A DNA stretch of 50,298 bases from Acidobacteriota bacterium. Its GTDB lineage: Bacteria; Acidobacteriota; Blastocatellia; RBC074. Shown piece after piece: positions 1-10,763 of this stretch; positions within the stretch are counted from its first letter, which is position 1; each line of letters opens with the position of its first letter. A program made the position numbers and the translations under genes. The DNA lies in the NCBI GenBank assembly GCA_022614735.1, contig JAKEHZ010000090.1, positions 1 through 50,298 of the forward strand. The letters are read 5' to 3'. Under the pieces are notes generated by a model. The model was not told where the DNA came from. It saw nothing but the letters and a program-made list of their open reading frames with translations, and ran no database searches.

Positions 1-1
1 C

Positions 2-691
2 CGCGACATAGATGCCCGATTTGCGCGCTTCGTCAACGATCGCGGCAATCTCCTCGTCGGTGAAGACACGTTTGCGCGGATCCGTGTCGGGCAATCCCGC
101 ACGCTCAGTAGCCATGATTTTGATCGTGTTGACGCCGCGTTCGATCTGCGCGCGCACGATGCGTCGAACATTATCGGCGCCGCTCACTGTTTTGCCCATC
201 AGATCGCTCAATTTCGGTATATCGATAAACAACTCTTCGGCGGGCCGCGGACGGACGTGATAACCAGCGGCAACAATGTCGGGCAGATCGGACACTCCTG
301 CGCGATTCAATTCTCGAATGCCGATGTCCACGAAGTGGTTGACACCGAGATCGCGCGCTGTCGTAGTCCCTGAAGCCAGCGCGACACGAGCCGCGCTTAA
401 ATTGGCTATGTGCGTGTGCGCGTCGACGAATCCGGGCAATAACCATCGCCCCTTCAAATCAATCACCACTGAGTCCGCAGGCGGATTGACCTTCCCGATT
501 TGATCAATCTTTTCGCCACGGACGATGACTGTGACATCGCGTAGAGGCTCGTTCGATATGCCATCAATCAAGTTGGCATGTGTGATGGCAAGTAACCCCG
601 GTCTGTTTTGTTGAGAAAAGCCAGGTGAGTGGACCGTCTGCATAAAACCCAACAGCAATGCACACATGACCGAGGCTAATCCGATCTTCAT
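2..691 (-). CDS. Secreted metal-dependent amidohydrolase (COG1228-like), C-terminus cut by the window edge
   Basis: The frame runs open off the left edge. It is absent from the ORF track, presumably because no stop lies in the window. My translation from the ATG (complement of 689-691) reads MKIGLASVMCALLLGFMQTVHSPGFSQQNRPGLLAITHANLIDGISNEPLRDVTVIVRGEKIDQIGK...GRWLLPGFVDAHTHIANL. It shows a signal peptide plus the HxH motif of the amidohydrolase superfamily. Confidence 0.75.
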   Translation of the reverse strand, partial: MKIGLASVMCALLLGFMQTVHSPGFSQQNRPGLLAITHANLIDGISNEPLRDVTVIVRGEKIDQIGKVNPPADSVVIDLKGRWLLPGFVDAHTHIANLSAARVALASGTTTARDLGVNHFVDIGIRELNRAGVSDLPDIVAAGYHVRPRPAEELFIDIPKLSDLMGKTVSGADNVRRIVRAQIERGVNTIKIMATERAGLPDTDPRKRVFTDEEIAAIVDEARKSGIYVA

Positions 692-861
692 ATGGTTCTC
701 CTTGATGGCACTTTTCGACCAGTTGGATTGAACTCACGTTGCAGCTAGGATCTCTCATTCAAGTTACAACAACTGCTGCCACAATCTCAATACTATGACT
801 ACCAAAACGTCTTTAATAATTGGGTTATAATGCCTCCGAAATATTCCACGGAGAAGTCAAA

Positions 862-2358
862 ATGATTGAGATTGACGGTGTATCGCTTACGCTTGCGCAG
901 ACCGGAGCTGTCGCCGATGGCGCAGGAGTATCATTTTCTGAAGCCGCGCGCGAACGTGTCGTAAAATCGCGCCACTTTATCGAAGAATTAATTGAAAGCG
1001 GAGATGTCATTTACGGCATCAACACCGGTTTCGGCGCATTATCTGATGTCATGATCCCGGCGAACGAGCTGCGCGAATTGCAGGTCAACCTGGTTCGATC
1101 ACACGCTTGCGGCGTCGGCGATTCTCTTCCTGAAAGGGTAGTGCGGGCGATGCTGCTACATCGCGCCAACGTGCTGGCAAAGGGGTTTTCCGGTTGCCGG
1201 CCTCTGGTTGTCGAAACCTTGATCGCGATGCTCAACAACGGAGTGCATCCTGTTATTCCGTCTCGCGGTTCGGTGGGCGCTTCAGGCGATCTGGCTCCGC
1301 TGGCGCATCTTGCGCTCGTCGCTATCGGTGAAGGCGAAGCGGTCTATCGCGGTGAGAGGATGACGGGCTATGATGCAATGCAAGAGGCCGGCATAGAACC
1401 CCTACAGCTGGAAGCCAAAGAGGGATTGGCTCTACTCAATGGCACACAGGCCATGACTGCCATGGGCGGGTTAGCATTGCTTGCGGCAAAGAAGTTGGCG
1501 GAAGCCGCGGATGTGATCGGCGCAATGACACTCGAGGCGTTAAAAGGTACTCCCGTCGCTTTCGATGAAAAGATTCATGCGGTGCGCCCTCACGCCGGGC
1601 AGGTTGCGAGCGCAAGCCGATTGCGTGAATTGATCACCGAGAGTGAAATTCGTGAATCGCATCGTGACCGCAATGCCGACCCGCGCGTCCAGGACGCTTA
1701 CTCGCTGCGATGCATGCCACAGGTTCACGGCGCCGTGCGTGATGCCCTCAACCACGCTAAGCAGATCGTTGAGGTCGAGATCAACAGCGCCACCGACAAC
1801 CCGTTAGTCTTCGCTGACGAACGGGAGGTCTTGTCTGGCGGCAATTTTCATGGCGAACCGATCGCCCTCGCACTCGATTATGCAGCGGTTGCGGTGGCGG
1901 ACCTGGGCACGATTGCCGAGCGACGTGTGGAACGTTTGGTCAATCCCAGCTTATCGAGTCTACCGGCTTTTTTGACGCCGCATCCGGGCACTAATTCCGG
2001 TCTGATGGCCGCGCAAATTACGGCAGTGTCGCTGATCGCTGAAAACAACGTGCTCGCGCATCCGGCATCAGTGACCAACCTCCCAACATCAGCAAATAAA
2101 GAAGACCACGTCTCGATGGGAATGACTGCGGCATTGAAATTCGCGCAGGTGGTCAAAAATGTCGAGACAATTCTGGCGATTGAGTTGATGTGCGCCACGC
2201 AAGGGCTGGAGTTTTTGAAACCATTGAAACCAAGCACGAAACTACAGGAGGTCTACAAGCGTGTGCGTGAATATGTACCGCCGCTCGAACGTGACGTGCC
2301 GCTCTCGGGCTATATCGAAGCGCTCGTGCCATTGGTGCGCGAGTTGGATCAAATTTAA
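862..2358 (+). CDS. hutH: Histidine ammonia-lyase
   Basis: The MIO-forming ASG triad sits in [14 protein letters not shown], and similarity to HAL is full-length. The ATG at 862 is preceded by GGAGAAG. The ORF-track start at 820 is a TTG. Confidence 0.93.
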   Translation: MIEIDGVSLTLAQTGAVADGAGVSFSEAARERVVKSRHFIEELIESGDVIYGINTGFGALSDVMIPANELRELQVNLVRSHACGVGDSLPERVVRAMLLHRANVLAKGFSGCRPLVVETLIAMLNNGVHPVIPSRGSVGASGDLAPLAHLALVAIGEGEAVYRGERMTGYDAMQEAGIEPLQLEAKEGLALLNGTQAMTAMGGLALLAAKKLAEAADVIGAMTLEALKGTPVAFDEKIHAVRPHAGQVASASRLRELITESEIRESHRDRNADPRVQDAYSLRCMPQVHGAVRDALNHAKQIVEVEINSATDNPLVFADEREVLSGGNFHGEPIALALDYAAVAVADLGTIAERRVERLVNPSLSSLPAFLTPHPGTNSGLMAAQITAVSLIAENNVLAHPASVTNLPTSANKEDHVSMGMTAALKFAQVVKNVETILAIELMCATQGLEFLKPLKPSTKLQEVYKRVREYVPPLERDVPLSGYIEALVPLVRELDQI

Positions 2359-2366
2359 CGAGTAAT

Positions 2367-2470
2367 GAAAGCAAAGAGAGAAAACGAAACAGGCAAAATA
2401 AGCGAAAAAGCCGAGCAATTTTCGCTTGTTTCGCTTATTTCGCCTGTTTCGTTTTCTCTCTTTGCCTTTC
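2367..2470. repeat. Intergenic palindrome IR1 (about 40-bp arms, A/G-rich 5' arm, T/C-rich 3' arm)
   Basis: The left arm gaaagcaaagagagaaaacgaaacaggcaaaataagcgaaa pairs with the right arm tttcgcttatttcgcctgtttcgttttctctctttgcctttc (one indel, one mismatch). It starts 8 nt after the hutH stop. The loop carries aaagccgagc. Confidence 0.9.
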
Positions 2471-2483
2471 CATATATGAGCAT

Positions 2484-4142
2484 ATGAATCAACCAAGAAC
2501 AGTCAAAGCGCCGCGCGGAAATCAGATCAGTTGCAAAGGCTGGGTCCAGGAAGCCGCGCTCAGGATGCTGATGAACAACCTGGACCCGGATGTCGCCGAA
2601 AATCCGGATGAGTTGATTGTCTACGGCGGCACAGGTAAAGCAGCTCGCAACTGGCAAGCATTTGAAGCCATCGTCCGATCACTGCAATCACTCGAGGATG
2701 ACGAGACGCTGCTCGTGCAATCGGGCAAGCCTGTCGGCATCTTCCGAACGCACGAGGACGCGCCTCGCGTGTTGATTGCCAATTCAAACCTCGTCGGCCA
2801 ATGGTCGAATTGGAACGAATTTCATCGTCTCGAAAGAATGGGATTGACGATGTACGGACAGATGACGGCCGGTTCGTGGATTTACATCGGCAGCCAGGGC
2901 ATCGTTCAAGGCACGTTCGAGACCTTCGCGGCTGTCGGCAACAAACATTTCGGCGGATCGCTTGCGGGAAAGTTGGTCGTGTCGGGCGGAATGGGTGGGA
3001 TGGGCGGCGCGCAACCGCTGGCGGCGACGATGAATGGGGCCTGTTTTCTGGGCATCGACGTCGATCTAGCCCGGATCGAGAAAAGACTCAAGACCGGATA
3101 TTGCGATGAGATCAGCGTTGACCTCGATGATGCCCTCAACAAGATTTCTGAGGCGCGCAAACATGGCCGGGCGATTTCTGTAGGCCTGGTAGGCAACTGC
3201 GCAGATGTGCTTCCCGAGCTGGTGCGTCGCGGTGTTGTTCCCGATGTATTGACTGATCAGACGAGCGCACATGACGCATTTTATGGTTACGTGCCGAATG
3301 GAATGAACCTGGATGAGGCCTTAAAGCTCCGGCGTGATAATCCCGATGAATATGTCAAATACTCTATGGAGTCAATGGCGAAGCATGTGCGCGCAATGCT
3401 CGAATTGAAGCGTATGGGCGCGGTGACTTTCGATTACGGCAATAACATCCGCGCGCAGGCCAAGCAGATGGGTATCGAAGATGCGTTCGAGATTCCAGGT
3501 TTCGTGCCGGAATACATCAGGCCGCTCTTTTGCGAAGGGCGCGGCCCGTTCCGCTGGGTAGCTTTGTCTGGCAACCCTGAAGACATTCGCAAGACAGATG
3601 ATCTGGCGCAGGAGCTCTTTCCGGATGATCCTGTGCTCGAACGATGGCTGAAACTGGCGCAGGAACGCATCAAATTTCAAGGCCTGCCCGCGCGCATCTG
3701 TTGGTTGGGATACGGCGACCGCGCGGAATTTGGAGTAGCGATGAATGAGCTGGTGAAGAAGGGCGAGATTGAAGCGCCAATTGTGATTGGCCGCGACCAT
3801 CTCGACAGCGGTTCGGTCGCTTCGCCCTATCGCGAAACCGAAGGGATGCTTGATGGCTCAGATGCAATCGCCGATTGGCCCTTGTTGAACGCTCTGGTCA
3901 ACACAGCGGCTGGGGCTTCGTGGGTTTCGATCCACAATGGCGGTGGTGTGGGCATTGGCTATTCCCTGCACGCAGGGATGGTTGTGGTTGCAGATGGGAC
4001 TGATGGAGCTTCACGAAGACTGCAGCGTGTGCTAACGACCGATCCGGGAATGGGAATTGTCCGTCACGTTGACGCGGGCTACGAGAAAGCGATTGTTGAG
4101 GCGCGAGAGCACGGCGTGCGCCTACCCTCACATTTGCGCTGA
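2484..4142 (+). CDS. hutU: Urocanate hydratase
   Basis: 552 aa, the typical urocanase length. The characteristic N-terminus is [50 protein letters not shown]. It lies between hutH and hutG. Confidence 0.93.
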   Translation: MNQPRTVKAPRGNQISCKGWVQEAALRMLMNNLDPDVAENPDELIVYGGTGKAARNWQAFEAIVRSLQSLEDDETLLVQSGKPVGIFRTHEDAPRVLIANSNLVGQWSNWNEFHRLERMGLTMYGQMTAGSWIYIGSQGIVQGTFETFAAVGNKHFGGSLAGKLVVSGGMGGMGGAQPLAATMNGACFLGIDVDLARIEKRLKTGYCDEISVDLDDALNKISEARKHGRAISVGLVGNCADVLPELVRRGVVPDVLTDQTSAHDAFYGYVPNGMNLDEALKLRRDNPDEYVKYSMESMAKHVRAMLELKRMGAVTFDYGNNIRAQAKQMGIEDAFEIPGFVPEYIRPLFCEGRGPFRWVALSGNPEDIRKTDDLAQELFPDDPVLERWLKLAQERIKFQGLPARICWLGYGDRAEFGVAMNELVKKGEIEAPIVIGRDHLDSGSVASPYRETEGMLDGSDAIADWPLLNALVNTAAGASWVSIHNGGGVGIGYSLHAGMVVVADGTDGASRRLQRVLTTDPGMGIVRHVDAGYEKAIVEAREHGVRLPSHLR

Positions 4143-4174
4143 GGCATTGAAGCGAGGTAGATTCTATCACTGTT

Positions 4175-5119
4175 ATGCAACAACAAATGATAGATGATCC
4201 ATTCTGGCCTCGCGCAAGCGCCTGGCTTGCTGGGACCCATGCAGAGAACACCCTCGGCAGAGTGGCCGTTCTCGGCGCGCCCCTCCGACTCGGTTCAATC
4301 ACGCCCGGAAGATGTGATTTAGCCCCGCCGGCAGTGCGCGCGATCCTGCGAAAGTTCAGCTGTTACGACATCGAAGCAGAGACTGATCTGCATTTTCTCG
4401 ACGCACGCGATCTGGGCGATTTACCGCTGGCCGATACGAAACTCGAAGAAGCTTTTGAGCCGCTGAGCGATGCTATCCGAAGTGCGCTCTATGAAGCTGA
4501 TGCCGTGATCATAATCGGCGGCGATAATGGGGTAACACGTCCAGGAGTCCATGGTCTGAATTCTTCCCCTGCATACACCGGTCTAATTACACTGGATGCA
4601 CACTTCGATCTGCGCGACCTTTCAAATGGACTGACGAACGGCAATCCGGTGCGCGCGTTACTGGAGGATGGATTGCCCGGCGAAAACATTGTGCAGATCG
4701 GCATCCAGCCATTTGCCAACTCTCGTGCCTACGCAGAGGTTGCGCACGAGGCCGGGATCACGGTCGTGACGATGGATCAGGTGCGCGCCCACGGTGTCGA
4801 GACACACTTAAATGAAGCGTTTCAATATCTGTCGGAGAAAGTCAGCACGATTTATGTCGATCTTGACATCGATGTGCTTGACCGTATTTTTGCGCCAGCC
4901 GCACCCGGGTCTCGTGCCGGAGGCTTGACACCATGGGAATTGCAGCGCGTGGCATGGATTTGCGGGGTGCATCCGAAGGTCTCAGCAATCGACCTGGTCG
5001 AGGTTGATCCTACCAAAGACATTGCTGATGCAACCGTGCTTGCAACCGGCGCATGTCTGCTCTCTTTCGCCTCCGGAGTGTTGACCAGGCTGACAGCAAC
5101 GTGTGAGAAACTGCAATGA
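4175..5119 (+). CDS. hutG: Formimidoylglutamase (arginase/ureohydrolase family)
   Basis: Ureohydrolase Mn-site motifs are present: [23 protein letters not shown]. Its position inside the hut operon favours formimidoylglutamase over agmatinase. Confidence 0.8.
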   Translation: MQQQMIDDPFWPRASAWLAGTHAENTLGRVAVLGAPLRLGSITPGRCDLAPPAVRAILRKFSCYDIEAETDLHFLDARDLGDLPLADTKLEEAFEPLSDAIRSALYEADAVIIIGGDNGVTRPGVHGLNSSPAYTGLITLDAHFDLRDLSNGLTNGNPVRALLEDGLPGENIVQIGIQPFANSRAYAEVAHEAGITVVTMDQVRAHGVETHLNEAFQYLSEKVSTIYVDLDIDVLDRIFAPAAPGSRAGGLTPWELQRVAWICGVHPKVSAIDLVEVDPTKDIADATVLATGACLLSFASGVLTRLTATCEKLQ

Positions 5120-6363
5120 GCAGAGATCTCGCCGTCCTCAACTGTTCACAACTCATCACGCTCAGCGGTCCCGACCGACCGCGCGCTGGCGCAGAGATGC
5201 GCAAGTTGGCGATCATTTCCGATGGCGCAATGTTGATCGGCGATGGGCGAATTGAGCGGATCGGCACAAGAGCCGAAATCGAACCCCTGCTTGCCGACTA
5301 CGAGGTTGTCGATGCCGGCGGACGTATCGTCCTGCCCGGTTTCATTGATGCACACACGCATCCCGTCTTCGCAGGCAATCGCATTGATGAATTCGAGATG
5401 CGCGCGAGCGGCGCGACTTATCAGGAGATTGCAGCGGCCGGTGGCGGGATCAGATCAACCGTCAAAAGAACTCGCGCGGCAACCGAAGATGAGCTGGTCG
5501 AAACTGGCAAACGTTACAGCCAATGGTTTCTGCGAACAGGCACGACGACAGTCGAAGCAAAATCGGGTTACGGGCTGACCCTCGAAGATGAATTAAAGAT
5601 CCTTCGGACAATTCGACGGCTGAATAATGAAACGCCACTGCATTATGTTCCGACTTTCCTCGGAGCGCACGTTGTGCCTGATGAGTTCAAAGGGAACCGT
5701 TCGGGATACGTTGATTTGATCATCGAAGAGATGCTACCACGTGTGGTAAGTGAGGGTCTGGCTGAGTATTGCGACGTGTTCTGCGATGAGGGAGCATTCA
5801 GTATTGAAGAGTCACGGCGAATATTGGCGGCGGCGAAAAACCTCGGATTGGGTTTGCGCGTACACGCTGATCAACTCACGCTCTGCGGCGGCGCAGACCT
5901 GGCCGCAGAGCTCGGCGCATCGACTGCTGATCACCTCGAACAGACCGGCCCAGCTGAAATCTCAAATCTTAAATCTGCCGGGGTTCAGCCCGTGCTGCTA
6001 CCCGCCTCTGTCCTCATGCTCGGGTCTCAGCGTTATCCGGATGCGCGAGCAATGATCGAAGCCGGCCTCGCCGCAGTCGTCGCTACTGATTTCAATCCAG
6101 GGTCATCGCCTGTGCCTTCCATGTTAATGGTATTGTCGCTGGCTTCGACGCAAATGAAGATGACGCCGGCTGAGGCGCTTACGGCGGCAACGATCAATGC
6201 GGCATACAGTCTTGGCCGCGGCAATGAGATCGGCTCGCTCGAAACGGGTAAACGGGCGGATTTTGTGATTCATGATTGCAGCGATTACCGTGAACTTGCG
6301 TACTTCACAGGCATCGAGCATCCGTTTGAGGTCTATGTCAATGGGCAGAAGGAGATGCTATAG
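5116..6363 (+). CDS. hutI: Imidazolonepropionase
   Basis: 415 aa with [15 protein letters not shown] (HxH) and HADQL motifs. An ATGA overlap with the hutG stop suggests translational coupling. Confidence 0.9.
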   Translation: MSRDLAVLNCSQLITLSGPDRPRAGAEMRKLAIISDGAMLIGDGRIERIGTRAEIEPLLADYEVVDAGGRIVLPGFIDAHTHPVFAGNRIDEFEMRASGATYQEIAAAGGGIRSTVKRTRAATEDELVETGKRYSQWFLRTGTTTVEAKSGYGLTLEDELKILRTIRRLNNETPLHYVPTFLGAHVVPDEFKGNRSGYVDLIIEEMLPRVVSEGLAEYCDVFCDEGAFSIEESRRILAAAKNLGLGLRVHADQLTLCGGADLAAELGASTADHLEQTGPAEISNLKSAGVQPVLLPASVLMLGSQRYPDARAMIEAGLAAVVATDFNPGSSPVPSMLMVLSLASTQMKMTPAEALTAATINAAYSLGRGNEIGSLETGKRADFVIHDCSDYRELAYFTGIEHPFEVYVNGQKEML

Positions 6364-6493
6364 CCTTAAAGAAATACATTTTTCATTTATCATTTGATAT
6401 TTATCATTTGTCATTGATTAAGCCGTTCTTCTTCAATGACAAATGATAAATATCAAATGATAAATGAAAAATGTATTTCTTTAAGGCTATAGC
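6357..6493. repeat. Intergenic palindrome IR2: perfect 61-bp arms, 15-nt loop
   Basis: 6357-6417 is the exact reverse complement of 6433-6493, checked base by base. The loop is ttaagccgttcttct. The left arm includes the last two codons and the stop of hutI. The right arm ends 6 nt from the stop of the convergent ABC ATPase gene. Confidence 0.97.
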
Positions 6494-6499
6494 ATCTAT

Positions 6500-7219
6500 C
6501 TACAATCTGATTGACATCATCTCTTCACCCTCGAGCATCTTCCCATCCAACATCCCCACTTTACGATCGGCCAGATGAAGGAAACGCGAGTCGTGTGTGA
6601 CCACACAAACTGTCGTGCCATTCGCGTGCAACTGCTTGAGCAGATTCATGACGACCTCACCGCTCGCTGAATCTAAATTTCCCGTTGGCTCATCGGCAAG
6701 CAAGATCGTCGGATGACAAACAATTGCGCGAGCGATGGAGACCATTTGCTGATGCCCGCCGGAAAGCTGGCTCGGGCGATAGCGCACACGGTCCTGGATT
6801 CCGACCTGGCCAAGCACTTCCATCACTCGCTCTTTCCGCTGCGATGGTTTTATCTTCATATAACTCAACGGCTGCTCGACGTTTTCGAAAACCGACATAT
6901 CGCCGATCAGGTTGAAGTTTTGAAAAACGAAGCCAATCTCCTGGTTGCGGATGCGCGCGCGGTCGGAGAGTTTGAGGTCCTTTACCGGCCCTCCACTGAA
7001 GCAATAAAGGCCGGAGGTTGGGGAGTCGAGCAAACCCATGATGGCCAACAATGTTGATTTACCGCATCCTGAGGGGCCAAAGATCACAACGAACTCACCG
7101 CGGTTGATCGTCAGATCTATGCCATTCAACACCGGTGTCACGACACTCCCCTGGCGGAATTCCCTTGTTATATCCTCCATCAAAATCAGCGGCAGAGCTG
7201 AAGTCGAATTCGATGTCAT
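6500..7219 (-). CDS. ABC transporter ATP-binding protein, MacB/LolD-like
   Basis: Walker A GPSGCGKST, signature LSGGHQQ, Walker B ILLADEPT, H-loop VTHD, and a MacB/LolD-like FQNFNLIGDMSVFENV. The ATG at 7219 has an AGGAA Shine-Dalgarno. The ORF-track start at 7297 is a TTG. Confidence 0.88.
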   Translation of the reverse strand: MTSNSTSALPLILMEDITREFRQGSVVTPVLNGIDLTINRGEFVVIFGPSGCGKSTLLAIMGLLDSPTSGLYCFSGGPVKDLKLSDRARIRNQEIGFVFQNFNLIGDMSVFENVEQPLSYMKIKPSQRKERVMEVLGQVGIQDRVRYRPSQLSGGHQQMVSIARAIVCHPTILLADEPTGNLDSASGEVVMNLLKQLHANGTTVCVVTHDSRFLHLADRKVGMLDGKMLEGEEMMSIRL

Positions 7220-7293
7220 CACTTGTTCCTTTTCGATCCTAATTTGAAAGGGGTCTACTCGCACATACGCTCGCTCTGTTAATTTGGTTCGAA

Positions 7294-8313
7294 TCAATAT
7301 TCGCAGAGCCGGCTGTGAACCACATAGCGTTTGAGCTCTTTGAATCCATCACCCTGATGACACTCCGAGCAAATAGGTGCACGCAGCACACGGCGGTGCT
7401 TGAAACTCGAACTGACATGCACCTGGTGACAGCTCAAACAATTGATCGACTCATCGCCGTTGATCACAACATCGCGCACATTTCGCCAGACATGCCGGTC
7501 CCCAGCATTCAAATCTCCATCATCAGCTTTGGAAAAATCAACTTCAAAATCCTGAAATAGATTGTCACCTGCGATGAAGTTGTTGGGATAGGGCAATCCG
7601 GTCGAATTCGATCTCCCCTCGCGCAAATGGCACTGTGCGCAGAGCGAGGTAATGACTTTCGCATCGTTACGGCGCTTTTTTGACAGGAGCACCAATGAGG
7701 TGTCATTGGTATGATCCAGACTTACGACTCCATGGCACGTGTAGCAATCGAGGCTGAAAGATGAAAAAGCCTTGGTCGCGGGGTCAACCGCAGTCGCGTG
7801 GCACCCGGCGCAGCGGCTGGCGAATTTGTCTTTATCCCATGCTGGCTTTTCCGATTCAACCAATTTTTCAATCCTGCCATCATTGTTGAGCACGGCTTGA
7901 ACATTGAGCAGCGCGAATTTTCCATAACCATCTTTCTTGAGGAAGCGCAGGCGATGACGGCTGCCCAGGAAGAAATCGAAACCAGTGGTAAGCTTCTCAA
8001 TCCCAGCCTGTCCTGTGATCATTGATTCCAGTCCCGGCGCACCTACTCGTTCTCTGATGGTCAGCGCATGCGAAGTCTTCTGCCAGGTCGGACCGATGTC
8101 ATTGCGATGACAGAAAAGACATTCGTCGCCTGAAACATAATCCGGACGAGGCTTGCCGAGGTGATTGCTGCCCCAGGCTTTTGGGTCTAATGGTTTTCTT
8201 AGTGTTTGATCCTGAGCGGTTCCCTTAGATCCAAACATCCATAGTGTTGCCGAAAAAACTATCAGCAATTTAAGGGCGGTTATCCAGCCGATGAATTTTA
8301 ACCTCACAAGCAT
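7294..8313 (-). CDS. Hexaheme c-type cytochrome with N-terminal signal/anchor
   Basis: Six CxxCH motifs are present: CLFCH, CAGCH, CYTCH, CAQCH, CLSCH, CSECH. The hydrophobic N-terminus is MLVRLKFIGWITALKLLIVFSATLW. The ATG lies 6 nt after the adaptor gene stop. Confidence 0.85.
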   Translation of the reverse strand: MLVRLKFIGWITALKLLIVFSATLWMFGSKGTAQDQTLRKPLDPKAWGSNHLGKPRPDYVSGDECLFCHRNDIGPTWQKTSHALTIRERVGAPGLESMITGQAGIEKLTTGFDFFLGSRHRLRFLKKDGYGKFALLNVQAVLNNDGRIEKLVESEKPAWDKDKFASRCAGCHATAVDPATKAFSSFSLDCYTCHGVVSLDHTNDTSLVLLSKKRRNDAKVITSLCAQCHLREGRSNSTGLPYPNNFIAGDNLFQDFEVDFSKADDGDLNAGDRHVWRNVRDVVINGDESINCLSCHQVHVSSSFKHRRVLRAPICSECHQGDGFKELKRYVVHSRLCEY

Positions 8314-8319
8314 TCTTCT

Positions 8320-9564
8320 TCACTGCACGATTTCAATCTCGATTCCTTCTTTGAGCTGTTGACCGCTTTCTCTCATGGCGATCTTTTCATCCGCCCGCAA
8401 CCCCTCGATGATTTCTACACGATCACCAAAATGATCACCCAGTTTTACCTCTCGTTCTTTGATCGCCTTTCCCTCAACAACGAAGACTTTATACGATCCA
8501 AACAAATAGGCAGTGGCGTTTTGGGGGATGGTCAGGATTAAGTCAATTTTATCGGATTGAATTATTGCCTTGATGAAAGAGCCGGGTTTGAGCTCGCCAA
8601 TGGGGTTTTCAACAAGGCCTTCGATTTCAAATGTGCGAGTCTTTTCATCCACCACCGGATTGATACGTGAGATGCGCCCCACGAATTCACGACCGGGGAA
8701 AGCTTCAACCGTCAGTTTCACGTTTCGACCAACGCGCACCCAGGGGGACATCTTCTCTGGCACGGATAAACGGAGACGGAGCGGATTAATGTTGACAATG
8801 GTCATCACCGGCGTCTGAACTTTCAGATACTGGCCGACAGTCACAGCTCGAATCCTGATGTGGCCCTCAAAAGGCGCTCGAATTTGTGTATCGCGCAACC
8901 TCTTGTTGGCGAGATTGAGCATCACTTGCGTCTGCTGCATCGAGGCACGCAGATTTTCGACTTGCTGCACTGCCAGATCGTAGGTAGCCTTTGCCGATTT
9001 GTATCTCGCCTCAGCCTCATCATAGGCCTGTCGAGGTATAACGCCGGTCTCGAGCAGACTCTGTGCCCGCCGGTATCTTTGTTCGGCATCTGCCAAATCT
9101 GCGGCAGCCCTCTTGACCTCGGCTGCCTGGCCAATGTCCTTGAGCATACCATCACCATCGCGTAAACCGAGCCGCGCCCGCGCTTGCTCCAGCGCCGCTC
9201 GTTGCTGCTCGACCGTCAGTTCAAACTCGATCGGCGTAATGCGTGCAAGTATCTGGCCCTTGCGGACGCGGTCACCGACGTCAACCAAAACTTCCTCAAC
9301 TCGGCCTTCCGCTTCAGAGCTGACCGTGACCTCGTCGTAAGCAAACAGTGAGCCGACGGCCTCGACCATCCGCTGCTGTTGCTGTTGTTCGACGGAAATG
9401 AGCTTGACCTTTGCTATAGCAGTCGCCGCCCCGGGTTTTTCCAGAGGATTGCCTGCAGCTCCGCGGTTACATGATGAATGAAGTAAGGCAAACACTGCGA
9501 TAACAGGAACAATCAATTGACGAAGGAAAGAGGGGCAGGGATGGTATTTGTGAGAGAAAATCAT
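8320..9564 (-). CDS. Efflux periplasmic adaptor (membrane fusion protein, HlyD/MacA-like), probable lipoprotein
   Basis: The N-terminus has a lipobox-like ALLHSSC. A long alpha-helical hairpin region runs EQQRAALEQARARL...AEQRYRRAQSLLETG...YDEAEARYKSAKATYDLA. It is followed by beta-barrel motifs such as IRAPFEGHI. Confidence 0.85.
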   Translation of the reverse strand: MIFSHKYHPCPSFLRQLIVPVIAVFALLHSSCNRGAAGNPLEKPGAATAIAKVKLISVEQQQQQRMVEAVGSLFAYDEVTVSSEAEGRVEEVLVDVGDRVRKGQILARITPIEFELTVEQQRAALEQARARLGLRDGDGMLKDIGQAAEVKRAAADLADAEQRYRRAQSLLETGVIPRQAYDEAEARYKSAKATYDLAVQQVENLRASMQQTQVMLNLANKRLRDTQIRAPFEGHIRIRAVTVGQYLKVQTPVMTIVNINPLRLRLSVPEKMSPWVRVGRNVKLTVEAFPGREFVGRISRINPVVDEKTRTFEIEGLVENPIGELKPGSFIKAIIQSDKIDLILTIPQNATAYLFGSYKVFVVEGKAIKEREVKLGDHFGDRVEIIEGLRADEKIAMRESGQQLKEGIEIEIVQ

Positions 9565-9656
9565 GGGGCATCAAATTCCTGTGTGCCGAAGTCATATACT
9601 AAAACGAAAGCTGCAACATGGGAACAACAGATTAAACCACGGATTAACTGGAATGC

Positions 9657-9776
9657 GAAGGATCGATTGGGACAAATGAACCGCGGATTTACACGGATGC
9701 GACGGATTTTCACGGATTAAAGCCGCGTCAATCCGTCGCATCCGTGTAAATCCGCGGTTCATTTGCCTCAATCTTC
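9657..9776. repeat. Intergenic palindrome IR3 (36-bp perfect core plus imperfect outer stem)
   Basis: 9672-9707 (caaatgaaccgcggatttacacggatgcgacggatt) is the reverse complement of 9730-9765. The loop is ttcacggattaaagccgcgtca. The right end overlaps the stop codon (9775-9777) of the upstream minus-strand gene. Confidence 0.93.
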
Positions 9777-10731
9777 ACTTCGCGCCAACCCTTGTAAAGA
9801 TAGCGCTACCAAGTCTGACAGACGGCCCACCGTTTTCCGACAACTCTTCCGCAACAGTGAAGGAATGGGCAGCGACGACATTGATGATTCTGCGCACCAG
9901 CAAAGTCTGTCCCTTGACTTTGACCGGATCGATAGTGAAGCGAATGGAAATTGGGCTGGTCCAATCACCCTTGCTGTTCAACACTACACCACTTGCGAGC
10001 TTTTCACTGAAGGTCATCATCTTGCTGGCTTCGTCAAACGTGATCACAGAAGTTTCTTTATACGCTCCCGCATCCGATTTGCCTTCGATTACAACATCGA
10101 CCGATTTGCCGTCCGCGCGCTTCGTGAAAGTTGCGACTCCTTCGCGAGGTGCGGGCCAGAGCGCGCTCTCACGTCCGATGTATTTGAAACTCCATTGGCC
10201 GGCGAAATAATCGATTGACTGCTTCTGCTGCGGCTGTGGCACATCCACTCGCTGGCGTTGCTGCCCCTGTTGCCCCTGTTGCCCCTGTTGCCCTGCGGGT
10301 CGAGATTGAGATTGTGAATCCAGCGGTCCCGTGGTGTCAGTGCTCACACGCTTGAGTTCGATGTCAAAAGTGAAGCTCTGTCCGCCGACATCCACTGCGC
10401 CTTCGCCCTTCATAGCCTCGCCGGCAAGTGTGAAAGAGTATTTGATGTTAAACGATCCCTGCGCTGTCTCGATATCAGCTTTGGCCGTGACTTTGTCGCC
10501 ATCAATCTTGATCTCTTTGAGCTGGATTTCGAGCCCCTGGCGCATGCTGGTTGTTTTGCCCGTATAGTTATCGCCTTCCTTCTTGAAAATCACGGTTGTC
10601 GGGGTTTCGCCTTGTGGCGATTGAACCTTGCCTTCCCAACGCCCCGCCAGTTTGTCCTGTTGAGCTAGACCAGGAAAGGCTAGAAGTTGAATGAGTAAGA
10701 TAGCTCCCAAAACGATAAATGATCGTCGCAT
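9775..10731 (-). CDS. Secreted two-domain protein of unknown function (lipocalin/DUF1579-like beta-rich halves joined by a Q-rich linker)
   Basis: The signal peptide is [25 protein letters not shown]. Two beta-rich halves each open with a G.W motif (LAGRWEGKV and [10 protein letters not shown]). They are separated by [17 protein letters not shown]. Confidence 0.6.
   Translation of the reverse strand: MRRSFIVLGAILLIQLLAFPGLAQQDKLAGRWEGKVQSPQGETPTTVIFKKEGDNYTGKTTSMRQGLEIQLKEIKIDGDKVTAKADIETAQGSFNIKYSFTLAGEAMKGEGAVDVGGQSFTFDIELKRVSTDTTGPLDSQSQSRPAGQQGQQGQQGQQRQRVDVPQPQQKQSIDYFAGQWSFKYIGRESALWPAPREGVATFTKRADGKSVDVVIEGKSDAGAYKETSVITFDEASKMMTFSEKLASGVVLNSKGDWTSPISIRFTIDPVKVKGQTLLVRRIINVVAAHSFTVAEELSENGGPSVRLGSAIFTRVGAK
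10256..10295. repeat. In-frame 9-bp microsatellite (cccctgttg, 3 perfect units plus partial flanking units) encoding (QQG)n
   Basis: Perfect units lie at 10264-10272, 10273-10281 and 10282-10290. On the minus strand they encode the [11 protein letters not shown] linker of the 9775..10731 protein. Confidence 0.9.
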
Positions 10732-10763
10732 TGACTTTCCTCCGAAGTATTGATGAAGTTGAT

